Shown: positions 7,654-15,772, counted from the first letter of the stretch. The stretch: DNA of 19,663 nt from a virus (IMGVR_UViG_2695420792_000006:1-19663), one strand, 5' to 3'. The notes: generated by a model not told the origin, from the letters alone. Program-made: numbers and translations.

Positions 7654-7927
7654 TTCTGCAATTCCGGGACGTTACACTGCTCAGGCACCTTATAAAGCGG
7701 GTGCCGGGATTGGCGTCCTGAAACTTACAGAAGAGCATAACCGCGCTCATGCGGTTTTTTCATGTCATGAGCATTGCTACGCCCAAATTATGGTGGGGCG
7801 TGCAGGGGCATCGCAAGATGCGCCGGGTTCTTCTGTGACCGGTTACGCCAACCCTGTACGTCTCACCACCTCTGTGATTGGCGTCCCATGTGGTGAGTGT
7901 TTTAAACTCACAGAAGGGGCTGTCATC

Positions 7928-8479
7928 ATGACTACTCTCCCAACCATCGCTCAACCTGAACTTTGCATTGTTGCTGGCAAAGTGGTTACTTCTTCTCTGT
8001 CTGTTGCCTGTTATTTCCGCAAACAACACAAAAATGTCATTCAAAAAATTGCGTCTCTTGAATGCTCTGCCGAATTTACTGAGCTGAATTTTCAGCCCAG
8101 TGAATACACCGACGCATCAGGCCGCAAACTCCCTTGTTACCAAATCACCCGCGACGGTTTTGCATTTCTTGCTATGGGTTTCACGGGTAAACGTGCTGCC
8201 CGGTTCAAAGAAGCATACATCAATGCCTTTAACCAGATGGAGAGGTGCTTATCAGGAGTTGGTGCGGCTGATATGCCATCTGTCGCACAAAACGCCAGAG
8301 GCGTATACCTGCATTTGCGAGAAATCCACCAAATCTGGACAAGCCAGCTTTATCCCATGCTTAAGGCTGTTGAATCTCCGCTGGCTAGCAAACTGTACGA
8401 CCGTGTAGGTGATGCTGTTTTTGGTGCTGCACTTGTTGATTCCAGACTGAACGGTTCTGACAAGGAGGCGCACCCATGA
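7928..8479 (+). CDS. Rha-family phage regulatory protein (second copy)
   Basis: Rha-type core from MTTLPTIAQPELCIVAGKVVTSSLSVACYFRKQHKNVIQKI ... TRDGFAFLAMGFTGKRAARFKEAYINAFNQME. ATG at 7928 preceded by GAAGGGG. The upstream 7457-7927 part of the track ORF is probably not part of this protein. Confidence 0.6.
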   Translation: MTTLPTIAQPELCIVAGKVVTSSLSVACYFRKQHKNVIQKIASLECSAEFTELNFQPSEYTDASGRKLPCYQITRDGFAFLAMGFTGKRAARFKEAYINAFNQMERCLSGVGAADMPSVAQNARGVYLHLREIHQIWTSQLYPMLKAVESPLASKLYDRVGDAVFGAALVDSRLNGSDKEAHP

Positions 8480-8709
8480 TTCGCCGCGTCGTTAGTTCCC
8501 TGTATCACCGATACAACCACTGCCCCCGTGTGGGGCAGTGGTTCACCACCAGCAACGGTCACGTTCTGCGGGTTTGCCTGGTCAATACAGAAAGCCAGAA
8601 GGTTGTCTGCCAGGTTCAGGGATGTACTCATACCCTGAGTTATCCGCTGGTGGCGTTTCAGTCCGGAAAAATGTTTAAACGCCTGGGAGGTGGCTATGCG
8701 TCCGTCTGA
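8476..8709 (+). CDS. Small Cys/His-containing hypothetical protein
   Basis: 77 aa. Perfect AAGGAGG Shine-Dalgarno at 7-nt spacing. ATGA overlap with the preceding Rha gene stop. Confidence 0.45.
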   Translation: MIRRVVSSLYHRYNHCPRVGQWFTTSNGHVLRVCLVNTESQKVVCQVQGCTHTLSYPLVAFQSGKMFKRLGGGYASV

Positions 8710-9589
8710 TCTTCTGCTCGATTTTGGACATCCGGTTGCTTATTACCCTGGGCTCGTTAAATACATGGGAAGTCCGCACGCTGTTATTTTCTTTGGTCAG
8801 ATTTTTTACTGGCAGGATAAAGCACATGCAGCGGAAGGCGTACATAAAACGCGTGAAGAGATACAACACGAAACAGGACTTACATTTGAACAACAGGCTG
8901 TAGCGCGTAAGTATCTTGTGTCCAGAGGCATTTTGGTTGAAACCAACAAGCGTCTTGAGCACAAAATGTTCTACCGTATAGATTGTGAGCGCCTTAATGA
9001 AATTATCAATGAAAACAATCAGTTTTCCCGAAATGGGGAAACCCGTTTTCGGGAAACTGTAAAACCCAATTTCGCGGAGGAGGGAAAGCCTTCACCGCGG
9101 ACACGGGAAACCCCTCGCCGCGGAGAAGGGAAAACCAATTTCGATCTTACAGAGAATACAACAGAGATTACTTCAGAGAATACTACAGAGAGTAAAAACA
9201 CTATTGGCGCATCCGCTGACGCGTCTGCACCAGCACGTTCTGCCCGACAGGAATATTCACCGGAATTTGAACAGGCCTGGCAGGAATATCCCAAACGTGC
9301 TGGTGGTAATTCCAAGTCAGCAGCCTTCAAAGCCTGGAAAGCCCGTATCAGGGAAGGTGTGACACCCGAAACCATGCTCAACGGTGTGAAACGCTATGCC
9401 GCCTGGGTGCGTGTCTCAGGAAATACCGGCACCCAGTTCGTGAAGCAGGCATCGACGTTCTTTGGCCCCGATCGGCACTTTGACGAATCCTGGCAACAGT
9501 CAGCAGCTCCCGGAGGTGGGCGGGGCAAAAGCCTCCCGATCTCGGGATTCAGTGAACAGGACTACGGCTCAACGAACTTCAACTGGTGA
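8696..9589 (+). CDS. Phage replication initiation protein (O-like replisome organiser) carrying internal iteron-like repeats
   Basis: ATG at 8696 with GGAGG 5 nt upstream. Lies directly upstream of the DnaC-like and DnaB-like genes. Contains a repeat-rich internal DNA segment (9023-9190), as the lambda O gene contains ori. Confidence 0.6.
   Translation: MRPSDLLLDFGHPVAYYPGLVKYMGSPHAVIFFGQIFYWQDKAHAAEGVHKTREEIQHETGLTFEQQAVARKYLVSRGILVETNKRLEHKMFYRIDCERLNEIINENNQFSRNGETRFRETVKPNFAEEGKPSPRTRETPRRGEGKTNFDLTENTTEITSENTTESKNTIGASADASAPARSARQEYSPEFEQAWQEYPKRAGGNSKSAAFKAWKARIREGVTPETMLNGVKRYAAWVRVSGNTGTQFVKQASTFFGPDRHFDESWQQSAAPGGGRGKSLPISGFSEQDYGSTNFNW
9023..9190. repeat. Iteron-like repeats (CGGGAAA/GGGAAAnC, about 6 copies) followed by an AT-rich tandem 24-bp repeat; candidate origin of replication
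   Basis: Copies at about 9023-9030 (inverted), 9035-9044, 9050-9057, 9082-9088, 9104-9111 and 9128-9135. Then cagagaatacaacagag / cagagaatactacagag at 9150-9190. Confidence 0.45.
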
Positions 9590-9606
9590 TTTTGTGGGGT
9601 GTGAAA

Positions 9607-10497
9607 ATGATTAATTTCCTGAACAAACAACACATGCAACACGACAAAGCGCAATTACTCAACCGCAGTGCGGAGCTGGAGGAGGAGATGCAGTTTGCCC
9701 GTGCCGGGAAGCGTCCGTGGCGCTGTGAGCACTGGCTGGCAAGCGATGAGACTGCAGAGTGTGAGAAGCACGGAAAATATACTCGTCTGGTGTTGAAAGG
9801 GCCAGATATTCGCGGAGAAACCATCAAACGGGTATCCGGATGTCCGCGCTGCATCGCAGAAGAACTGGATCACGTGCATGACGAATTACGCGCCCTGAAG
9901 GTTCGTGAATTACTCGATCAGGCCGGTATTGCCCGCCGCTTTGAGAACTGCGAGTTTGAGAACTATCAGGCTGTGAATGCCGGGGCTCAGCGGAATCTTG
10001 ATGCCTGCCAGCGTTATGTCGATGCCTGGAAGGATCACCTCGCGGCGGGTACCAGCATGATCATGATTGGCAATTGCGGTACCGGGAAAAATCACCTGGC
10101 TGTATCAATGGCAAAAAATATTATTCGCCACCACCTGGCGACCGTCGAAATTACGGATGTTATGCGACTGACCCGCGCTGTGAAAAATACATGGCGTCAC
10201 AATTCTGAACGCACTGAAGATGAAGTTATTGACCATTTTGTATCACTGGACCTGCTCATCATTGATGAAGTCGGTGTTCAGTTTGGCACGCCTGCCGAGA
10301 TAACCATCCTGCAGGAAATCATCAACGCGCGTTACGAAAGTATTCTGCCAACAATTCTGATCAGCAACCTGACGTTTGACCAGCTTAAGGAGTCCATTGG
10401 TGAGCGAATTGTAGATCGCGTTACTGACGGCGGGCGTAACCGCCTGGTGTTTGGCTGGGAGAGCTACCGGGCAAATATCGGAGGTGTTGCCGCATGA
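9607..10497 (+). CDS. DnaC-like helicase loader (AAA+ ATPase, IstB/DnaC family) with N-terminal Cys4 zinc-binding region
   Basis: Walker A motif GNCGTGKNHLAVS, Walker B motif LLIIDEVG, and an N-terminal four-Cys cluster (CEHW...CEKHG...CPRC). Start may be the GTG at 9586 (track) or the ATG at 9607. Confidence 0.8.
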   Translation: MINFLNKQHMQHDKAQLLNRSAELEEEMQFARAGKRPWRCEHWLASDETAECEKHGKYTRLVLKGPDIRGETIKRVSGCPRCIAEELDHVHDELRALKVRELLDQAGIARRFENCEFENYQAVNAGAQRNLDACQRYVDAWKDHLAAGTSMIMIGNCGTGKNHLAVSMAKNIIRHHLATVEITDVMRLTRAVKNTWRHNSERTEDEVIDHFVSLDLLIIDEVGVQFGTPAEITILQEIINARYESILPTILISNLTFDQLKESIGERIVDRVTDGGRNRLVFGWESYRANIGGVAA

Positions 10498-11894
10498 CCA
10501 GCCAGAACAACCCGGCATGGCGTAACGATGACCTGGAAGGTGCGGTGATTGGCGCGTTTTTTCTGCGTGGGGCTGATCCGGAAGTGATGGATATTCTGGC
10601 CACGCTTCCGGCGGATGTATTTTTCGTGCGTCAGTACCGGGATATTTACGCGGGGATTTGCAGACAGGCCCGCGTATCCGGCGTCATTGACCCCGTGCTG
10701 CTGTGCAATGAGATGCCGGAACTTGCCCCGGTGATTACCGACACCGGGCGCAAAACCTGGGTGAAGTCTTCACTGGAGCACTATGTTGCAGCGCTGCGAC
10801 GCAATGCCGCACTGCGCGATGCAGAAAAAACACTGACTGAAGCATTACAGAATTTACGTGATGCACATACCTGCGAAGCGGCAGAAGATGCCCTGAAGGA
10901 TGCGCAGAACATGATGGCCTCACTGTCGACCGGAAAGGGCGTCATTCAGCCGGTTCACATTGATGATGTCCTTCCGGAAGTGGTGGGCCGTGTTGAATGC
11001 CGGAATCAGGGACTGGAGAAATCCAGGGCGCTGATGACCGGTATTGATGAACTGGACGCAAAAACGGGCGGTATGGAGCCCGGAGACCTGGTATTCATTG
11101 CCGCCCGTCCTTCGATGGGGAAAACAGAACTTGCGCTGGACATCATCGACAAGGTGACTGAGCAGGGGCATGGCGTGCTTCTGTTCACCATGGAGATGGC
11201 GAACATCCAGATTGGTGAACGTATGGTGTCTGCAGCAGGGGGAATGCCGGTATCCCGTCTTAAGTCTGTTGCCCGTTTTGAAGATGAAGACTGGGCGCGT
11301 TTCTCACAGGGCGTGGGACGAATGACGGGGCGTAATATCTGGATGGTGGACCAGGCAAATCTGACCATTGATGAGATATGTGCAACCACGAGGTACCACC
11401 GGATGAAGCATCCGGAAACGGCGCTGGTGGTGGTCGATTACCTCGGCCTGATTAAAACCCGCAGCACGGGGCGTCACGACCTTGCGGTGGGGGAAATCTC
11501 AAAGGGACTTAAAAGCCTGGCAAAATCCGGCGGTTTTCCGCTGATTGCTCTGAGCCAGCTCTCCCGCGGCGTGGAATCCAGACCCAATAAACGTCCCATG
11601 AACTCAGACCTGAAAAACTCCGGGGAAATCGAGGCTGATGCCGACATCATTCTGATGCTTTACAGGGATGAGGTGTATAACCCGGATACACAGGCGAGAG
11701 GCATAGCAGAAATCAACATCACGAAACAGCGTAATGGCACGCTCGGGACCATTTACCGGCGTTTTCATAACGGACATTTTCTGCCTGTGGACCAGGAGAG
11801 TGCCCGGGTTCTTTCCACACCCATGACGCCGGGCAATCCGCGCAGATACAGCAATAACCGCATGTCGGGCAGTAAAGCGGAGCGTTTATTTTGA
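10494..11894 (+). CDS. DnaB-family replicative DNA helicase
   Basis: DnaB-type motifs GIDELDAKTGGMEPGDLVFIAARPSMGKTELALDI (Walker A), VVVDYLGLI, and LSQLSR(G)VE. ATGA overlap with the loader gene. Confidence 0.85.
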   Translation: MTSQNNPAWRNDDLEGAVIGAFFLRGADPEVMDILATLPADVFFVRQYRDIYAGICRQARVSGVIDPVLLCNEMPELAPVITDTGRKTWVKSSLEHYVAALRRNAALRDAEKTLTEALQNLRDAHTCEAAEDALKDAQNMMASLSTGKGVIQPVHIDDVLPEVVGRVECRNQGLEKSRALMTGIDELDAKTGGMEPGDLVFIAARPSMGKTELALDIIDKVTEQGHGVLLFTMEMANIQIGERMVSAAGGMPVSRLKSVARFEDEDWARFSQGVGRMTGRNIWMVDQANLTIDEICATTRYHRMKHPETALVVVDYLGLIKTRSTGRHDLAVGEISKGLKSLAKSGGFPLIALSQLSRGVESRPNKRPMNSDLKNSGEIEADADIILMLYRDEVYNPDTQARGIAEINITKQRNGTLGTIYRRFHNGHFLPVDQESARVLSTPMTPGNPRRYSNNRMSGSKAERLF

Positions 11895-12148
11895 ATAACA
11901 GAACAGCCACTGTTTCACCGGAACAACTTCGTCGCCAGGCGCAGGAGATGCTTCGTTGTGCTGAACAGATGGAAAAAATGAGCGTGGCAAAGGATACGCT
12001 CCGCAAGCAGCTTACTCCGGCGCTTCGTGATCTGCTGCAGGCAAAACACCGCACACAAAAGGCGGTGGATGAGCTGGTGGATTGCGTGGCGGAACTGGAA
12101 GGCAAGGTAAGCCAGTTTGAAACTCTGGTGAAGGAGTTTACTGCGTGA
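11891..12148 (+). CDS. Small coiled-coil hypothetical protein (start uncertain, track start is TTG)
   Basis: 85-aa ORF overlapping the helicase stop. Charged, helical-looking sequence. No family recognised. Confidence 0.35.
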   Translation: MNNRTATVSPEQLRRQAQEMLRCAEQMEKMSVAKDTLRKQLTPALRDLLQAKHRTQKAVDELVDCVAELEGKVSQFETLVKEFTA

Positions 12149-12193
12149 TGGCTGAATTTTTTCTCCTGTGTTCATGCAATATCGTTCGCTGAG

Positions 12194-13189
12194 GTGACCG
12201 TGAGAGCATTGTTGACTCCTGAAATTGCCCCGCGAATGGGGATTGTATTGTTCAGACCCGGTTCAGAGCTGATGCCCCTGTTTATGCAGGGGCGTGTCCT
12301 GCTGGAGCCTGAGCCGGAACGTTATTCATCTTTCGCCAGTGGTGCCGTTCCGGCGGCATCACAACCGCTGGCGGATGATCCTGCCGTTCGGGCCGTGTTC
12401 CGCAATGAGGCAGTGATCCGTCGTGCTGGTGGCGTGGAATGTCTTGAAAGCTGGTTACTTCGTGAAAAAGGCTGCCAGTGGCTTCATTCCGACTGGCACA
12501 GCGAGAACATGACCACAATGCGACACGCGCCGGGCGCAATCCGTCTGTGCTGGCACTGCGATAACCAGCTGCGCGATCAGTTCACGGAACGGCTGGAATC
12601 AATGGCAACGGATAACTGTGCCCGCTGGGTGTTGTCTGTTGTGCGTCGGGATCTCGGTTTTGATGACAGTCACGTTGTGACAATGCCGGAACTGTGCTGG
12701 TGGCTGGTTCGTAATAATCTGGCGGATGCCTTACCGGAAAGCGCAGCCCGTAAGGCACTGAGATTACCGAATCCTGTTGTGCCGTCTGTCACCCGGGAAA
12801 GTGACCTTGTGCCTTCGGTTCCTGCCACCAGCATCATCCAGGATAAGGCGAAAAAGGTGCTGGCGCTGAAAGTGGATCCGGAGTCGCCGGAGTCTTTTAT
12901 GTTACGCCCAAAACGTCGCCGCTGGGTTAATGAAAAGTACACGCGCTGGGTTAAGACACAGCCGTGCGCATGTTGTGGAAAGCCTGCTGATGATCCCCAC
13001 CACCTGATAGGCCACGGTCAGGGGGGAATGGGTACAAAAGCGCATGACCTCTTTGTGTTGCCTTTGTGCAGAAAGCATCACGACGAGCTGCATGCGGATA
13101 CCGTGGCATTTGAAGAGAAGTATGGCTCCCAGCTGGAGCTGATATTTCGTTTTATCGATCGCGCGCTGGCAACTGGCGTGCTGGCCTGA
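12194..13189 (+). CDS. DUF968-like phage protein with C-terminal HNH-like zinc-finger motif
   Basis: C-terminus CACCGKPADDPHHLIGHGQGGMGTKAHDLFVLPLCRKHHDELH matches an HNH-type CxxC...HH...CxxxHH pattern. Lies immediately upstream of Q, as ydfU-like genes do in E. coli cryptic prophages (recollection). Track start is GTG; the true start is unresolved. Confidence 0.55.
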   Translation: MTVRALLTPEIAPRMGIVLFRPGSELMPLFMQGRVLLEPEPERYSSFASGAVPAASQPLADDPAVRAVFRNEAVIRRAGGVECLESWLLREKGCQWLHSDWHSENMTTMRHAPGAIRLCWHCDNQLRDQFTERLESMATDNCARWVLSVVRRDLGFDDSHVVTMPELCWWLVRNNLADALPESAARKALRLPNPVVPSVTRESDLVPSVPATSIIQDKAKKVLALKVDPESPESFMLRPKRRRWVNEKYTRWVKTQPCACCGKPADDPHHLIGHGQGGMGTKAHDLFVLPLCRKHHDELHADTVAFEEKYGSQLELIFRFIDRALATGVLA

Positions 13190-13206
13190 TTTTGTGGATA
13201 AAGTTT

Positions 13207-13572
13207 ATGCGTGATATTCAGATGGTTCTGGATCGTTGGGGTGCATGGGCGGCGAGTGATAGTTCTGGGGTAGACTATTCGCCTATAGCTGCTGGGTTTA
13301 AAGGGCTTCTTCCCTATACAAGCAAAACACGTCAGGCTTGTTCAGATAGTGATGCATTAATTATTGAAGGTTGTCTTGCTCGTCTAAAGCAAAAAAGACC
13401 TGAAGAACACTCGCTTCTTGTTGCCCATTACCTATACGGTATCTCTAAAAGAAAGCTCGCCAAAGCTCGTAAAAAGGATGAGAAACTAATACGCATTGAG
13501 ATACAGATGGCTGAGGGTTTTGTTGAAGGCTGTCTCTCAATGCTTGATCTTTGTCTGGAAATGGACCAATAG
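13207..13572 (+). CDS. Late-gene antiterminator Q (QuuD/phage 21-type Q family)
   Basis: MRDIQMVLDRWGAWAA...GFKGLLP...EGCLARLK...LEMD closely resembles the roughly 125-aa Q antiterminators of E. coli lambdoid prophages as I recall them. ATG at 13207 preferred over the TTG track start. Confidence 0.8.
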   Translation: MRDIQMVLDRWGAWAASDSSGVDYSPIAAGFKGLLPYTSKTRQACSDSDALIIEGCLARLKQKRPEEHSLLVAHYLYGISKRKLAKARKKDEKLIRIEIQMAEGFVEGCLSMLDLCLEMDQ

Positions 13573-13583
13573 ACTACCAGAAT

Positions 13584-13620
13584 AGAAACTGCCGCTCAGC
13601 TTTGCGGATCGGCAGTTTCT
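13584..13620. repeat. Perfect 11-bp inverted repeat (AGAAACTGCCG / CGGCAGTTTCT, 15-nt loop) between convergent genes
   Basis: Lies between the Q stop and the stop of the minus-strand 140-aa gene, whose 3' end it overlaps. No U-tract on either side. Confidence 0.5.
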
Positions 13621-14018
13621 GATGGTGTAATGTTACGCGCAGATGTTTCGAGTATAGATTCCCTTCCGATTGATACCAAAATTTCGATTGTTCTTGCTTT
13701 AGCCTGCATCAATGTTGATTTTATTTCAGGACTTAAGTGGTCAGATCGTAACTGCTTCTCAATCTCAGCCAAATCACGCTTGCATTTTGCTCTTTTGGCT
13801 GCGTCCTCTGGAGATTCGAAACCATGCCTCGAAATAAACCAATTCATGACGTAAGTTAAAGTTGCCGCAACACCCGGTACCAATGCGTAGGCTACAGTTC
13901 GCCACACGCTATTAGGGTCGGTTAAAATCGCGCTAACAAGAACACTTAGAATTGCTCCCCAGCCACCAGTTGAAAGGGTAGCTTTTCCTGTACTTAGACC
14001 TTTAGTTTGAGAATTCAT
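13596..14018 (-). CDS. Cassette gene 3: 2-TM membrane protein with cytoplasmic coiled-coil tail
   Basis: 140 aa. Hydrophobic helices WGAILSVLVSAIL and VAYALVPGVAATLTYVMNWFI, followed by a charged C-terminal region. Start overlaps the stop of the upstream gene. Confidence 0.6.
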   Translation of the reverse strand: MNSQTKGLSTGKATLSTGGWGAILSVLVSAILTDPNSVWRTVAYALVPGVAATLTYVMNWFISRHGFESPEDAAKRAKCKRDLAEIEKQLRSDHLSPEIKSTLMQAKARTIEILVSIGRESILETSARNITPSETADPQS

Positions 14019-14284
14019 TTTCGTTTTGAATTCTCCGCAATTGCCTCTTCAATGAGGGTTGTTAGCATTTTTCCCTTTTTACTTGGAACTTTTATTACTA
14101 GCGTCTTAGTCACTCCGGATTCTTCATCGTGATATCGGAATTCGAAGACTTTTGTAGGGAATAGTCGACGCCAAAGCAAGGCTGACGCTGAATAGCAAAA
14201 ACGACTAAAGGCAGGGATGATCATTATCACCCCAATCCAGAAGATCAGTTGTGCTATCTGCATGTTCAGTGTCACTTTTGTCAA
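14015..14284 (-). CDS. Cassette gene 2: small membrane protein (1-2 TM)
   Basis: 89 aa. Hydrophobic N-terminus (IAQLIFWIGVIMIIPAF) and a Lys-rich soluble tail. 4-nt overlaps with both neighbouring genes. Confidence 0.55.
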   Translation of the reverse strand: MTKVTLNMQIAQLIFWIGVIMIIPAFSRFCYSASALLWRRLFPTKVFEFRYHDEESGVTKTLVIKVPSKKGKMLTTLIEEAIAENSKRK

Positions 14285-15150
14285 GCCTCAGCAGGGCGTT
14301 TTCGTTTTACTTTGGTTATAGCATACTTGGTTGTGGCATTTCGCGCAGTGAAAGTTTTTATAGTTTTTAGCTCAACAACAAACAAATCTTCTTTTGTAAA
14401 ACTGATGATTCCATTTTGAACTTGGTGTATAAACAACTGATCTTCAAATGTAACAGCATGCTCCTCGCCTAAATAATCGATTCTCCAACCCTTTGTACCC
14501 TCGAAGTTGATCTGTACGAATCTAACATTGACTTCTTCTACAGACTCTTCTTTTTCAAGTAGTGTACCTCTAGGCAGCGGTTTGATCTCTTCAGTTTCAC
14601 TTCCTTCAAGACGAACGACTTCTTCGCCTTCATCATTTAGCACCTTAAATACTGCACCTTGTTTGCCGTCTAATGGTGCACGAACTACATTCACAAGGGC
14701 ATCACGGACTTCAGGATCTGTTACTAACTTAGCCACTGAGTCATGGCAAACAATTTCTTCCCCTTCAAGTTCAAGAACAGATTCTTCTGTTCCTGCCCGT
14801 TTTGTTACCGAAATTACTTTCTTGCTGCCCAGTTGGCGGATTAGTGATAATGCTGGAGCTCCAATAGCAGCCCCGGCTATCCCTGTTAGGCCAATCACTT
14901 TTGCGACGTCGACGGCATGAGGAACAAGCTCCATCATCGTATAGGATACGCCGAGTGATCCCGCTTCTGCTGGATTAGTAACCATTAACTTAACGGTTTG
15001 TTGACCGTCATTAAGTCTTTTATCAGCTGCTGATATTAAATCTGCCATCGAACCTATGGAGATGCTTAATGTTTTGGCATCAATTTTATGCTGTGCTAAT
15101 TCGTTATCCTCTGCATCGTAGAAGATCTGAAAAGAAGTTGTTTTAGTCAC
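14281..15150 (-). CDS. Cassette gene 1: 289-aa hypothetical protein with a central hydrophobic/Gly-Ala segment and acidic stretches
   Basis: No family recognised. Central hydrophobic segment VAKVIGLTGIAGAAIGAPALSLI and acidic runs (LELEGEEIV, EGSETEE). Track start is GTG with a weak Shine-Dalgarno, so the start is uncertain. Locally AT-rich. Confidence 0.55.
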   Translation of the reverse strand: MTKTTSFQIFYDAEDNELAQHKIDAKTLSISIGSMADLISAADKRLNDGQQTVKLMVTNPAEAGSLGVSYTMMELVPHAVDVAKVIGLTGIAGAAIGAPALSLIRQLGSKKVISVTKRAGTEESVLELEGEEIVCHDSVAKLVTDPEVRDALVNVVRAPLDGKQGAVFKVLNDEGEEVVRLEGSETEEIKPLPRGTLLEKEESVEEVNVRFVQINFEGTKGWRIDYLGEEHAVTFEDQLFIHQVQNGIISFTKEDLFVVELKTIKTFTARNATTKYAITKVKRKRPAEA

Positions 15151-15394
15151 TCTTTGCTCGCTATGTCTTGACTTTTTTCCATAAAATACCTTTTTTGGGT
15201 ATAAAAAACATTATCGCGGTCCGCAAAAATTGCGTTACTGTGTTAAGAGTGGTTACTTCGCCACACAGCTTAAACCCGCCGTCGAGCGGTTTTTTTGTAC
15301 CTGTAAACCTGGTGCAGTACAGTAAACACGCTGGTGGCGGTGAATACCTGTCTTTCAGCTTGCTGGCTTTTTCGACAAGAGTTATTGGTATGTC

Positions 15395-15622
15395 ATGTCA
15401 ACCAGAAGGGAAAAAGACATGCTAAAACAGCAAGATATGACAGAAACCGCCGCCGCAGTCCTTCATTTCTTACCTGCTGACAAGTGGGTAACGCCACGCA
15501 TGATGACGAGAACTACAGGAGTAAGCGAAGCCCGGTGCCAGTTAATACTGACTCAGTTAGTTCTGGCGGGTCTGGCGAAGGATAACGGCGGGTACGGGAA
15601 TAAATTCAGACGCTGCCAGTAA
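15395..15622 (+). CDS. Small hypothetical protein, possibly winged-helix DNA-binding (alternative start ATG 15419)
   Basis: 75-aa ORF upstream of the methyltransferase. The internal ATG at 15419 has an AGAAGGGA Shine-Dalgarno. Helix-rich segment VSEARCQLILTQLVLAGLAKDNGG. Confidence 0.4.
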   Translation: MSTRREKDMLKQQDMTETAAAVLHFLPADKWVTPRMMTRTTGVSEARCQLILTQLVLAGLAKDNGGYGNKFRRCQ

Positions 15623-15772
15623 TGGCGGTTTCCTGCTGTGAAAATGGGCGGCTGGTGGGTGTTGGTAGCACCTGCCAGCCATTCGCTCATGCTTACTGGT
15701 CACAAGCGAACCATGGCCCACTGCTTTAGCGCAAAAGCAGAGTGAGCCTACCAGAGTTACGCTTACTGATCC

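Noticed and set aside
7457-8479. Single 340-aa ORF from the track
   Set aside because: The N-terminal 157 aa are Cys/His-rich and implausible. The Rha domain starts at an internal ATG (7928) with its own ribosome-binding site. An alternate-frame ORF (7474..7653) looks more protein-like. Reported as a shorter CDS instead.
10243-12105. Long antisense ORFs within the helicase and loader genes (10243..10518, 10920..11389, 11719..12105 on the minus strand)
   Set aside because: They lie wholly inside strongly supported DnaC-like and DnaB-like coding regions on the opposite strand and have low-complexity Ser/Arg/Cys-rich translations typical of shadow ORFs.
13596-14284. The two small membrane proteins as a holin/lysis cassette downstream of Q
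   Set aside because: They are on the strand opposite to Q and are co-transcribed behind a 289-aa non-lysozyme protein. No endolysin or Rz-like gene is present anywhere in the window.
15150-15300. Late promoter pR' and qut site relocated downstream of the antisense cassette
   Set aside because: TTGACT at 15168-15173 has no properly spaced -10 element, and the downstream hairpin is weak. I could not support a promoter or terminator call from sequence alone.
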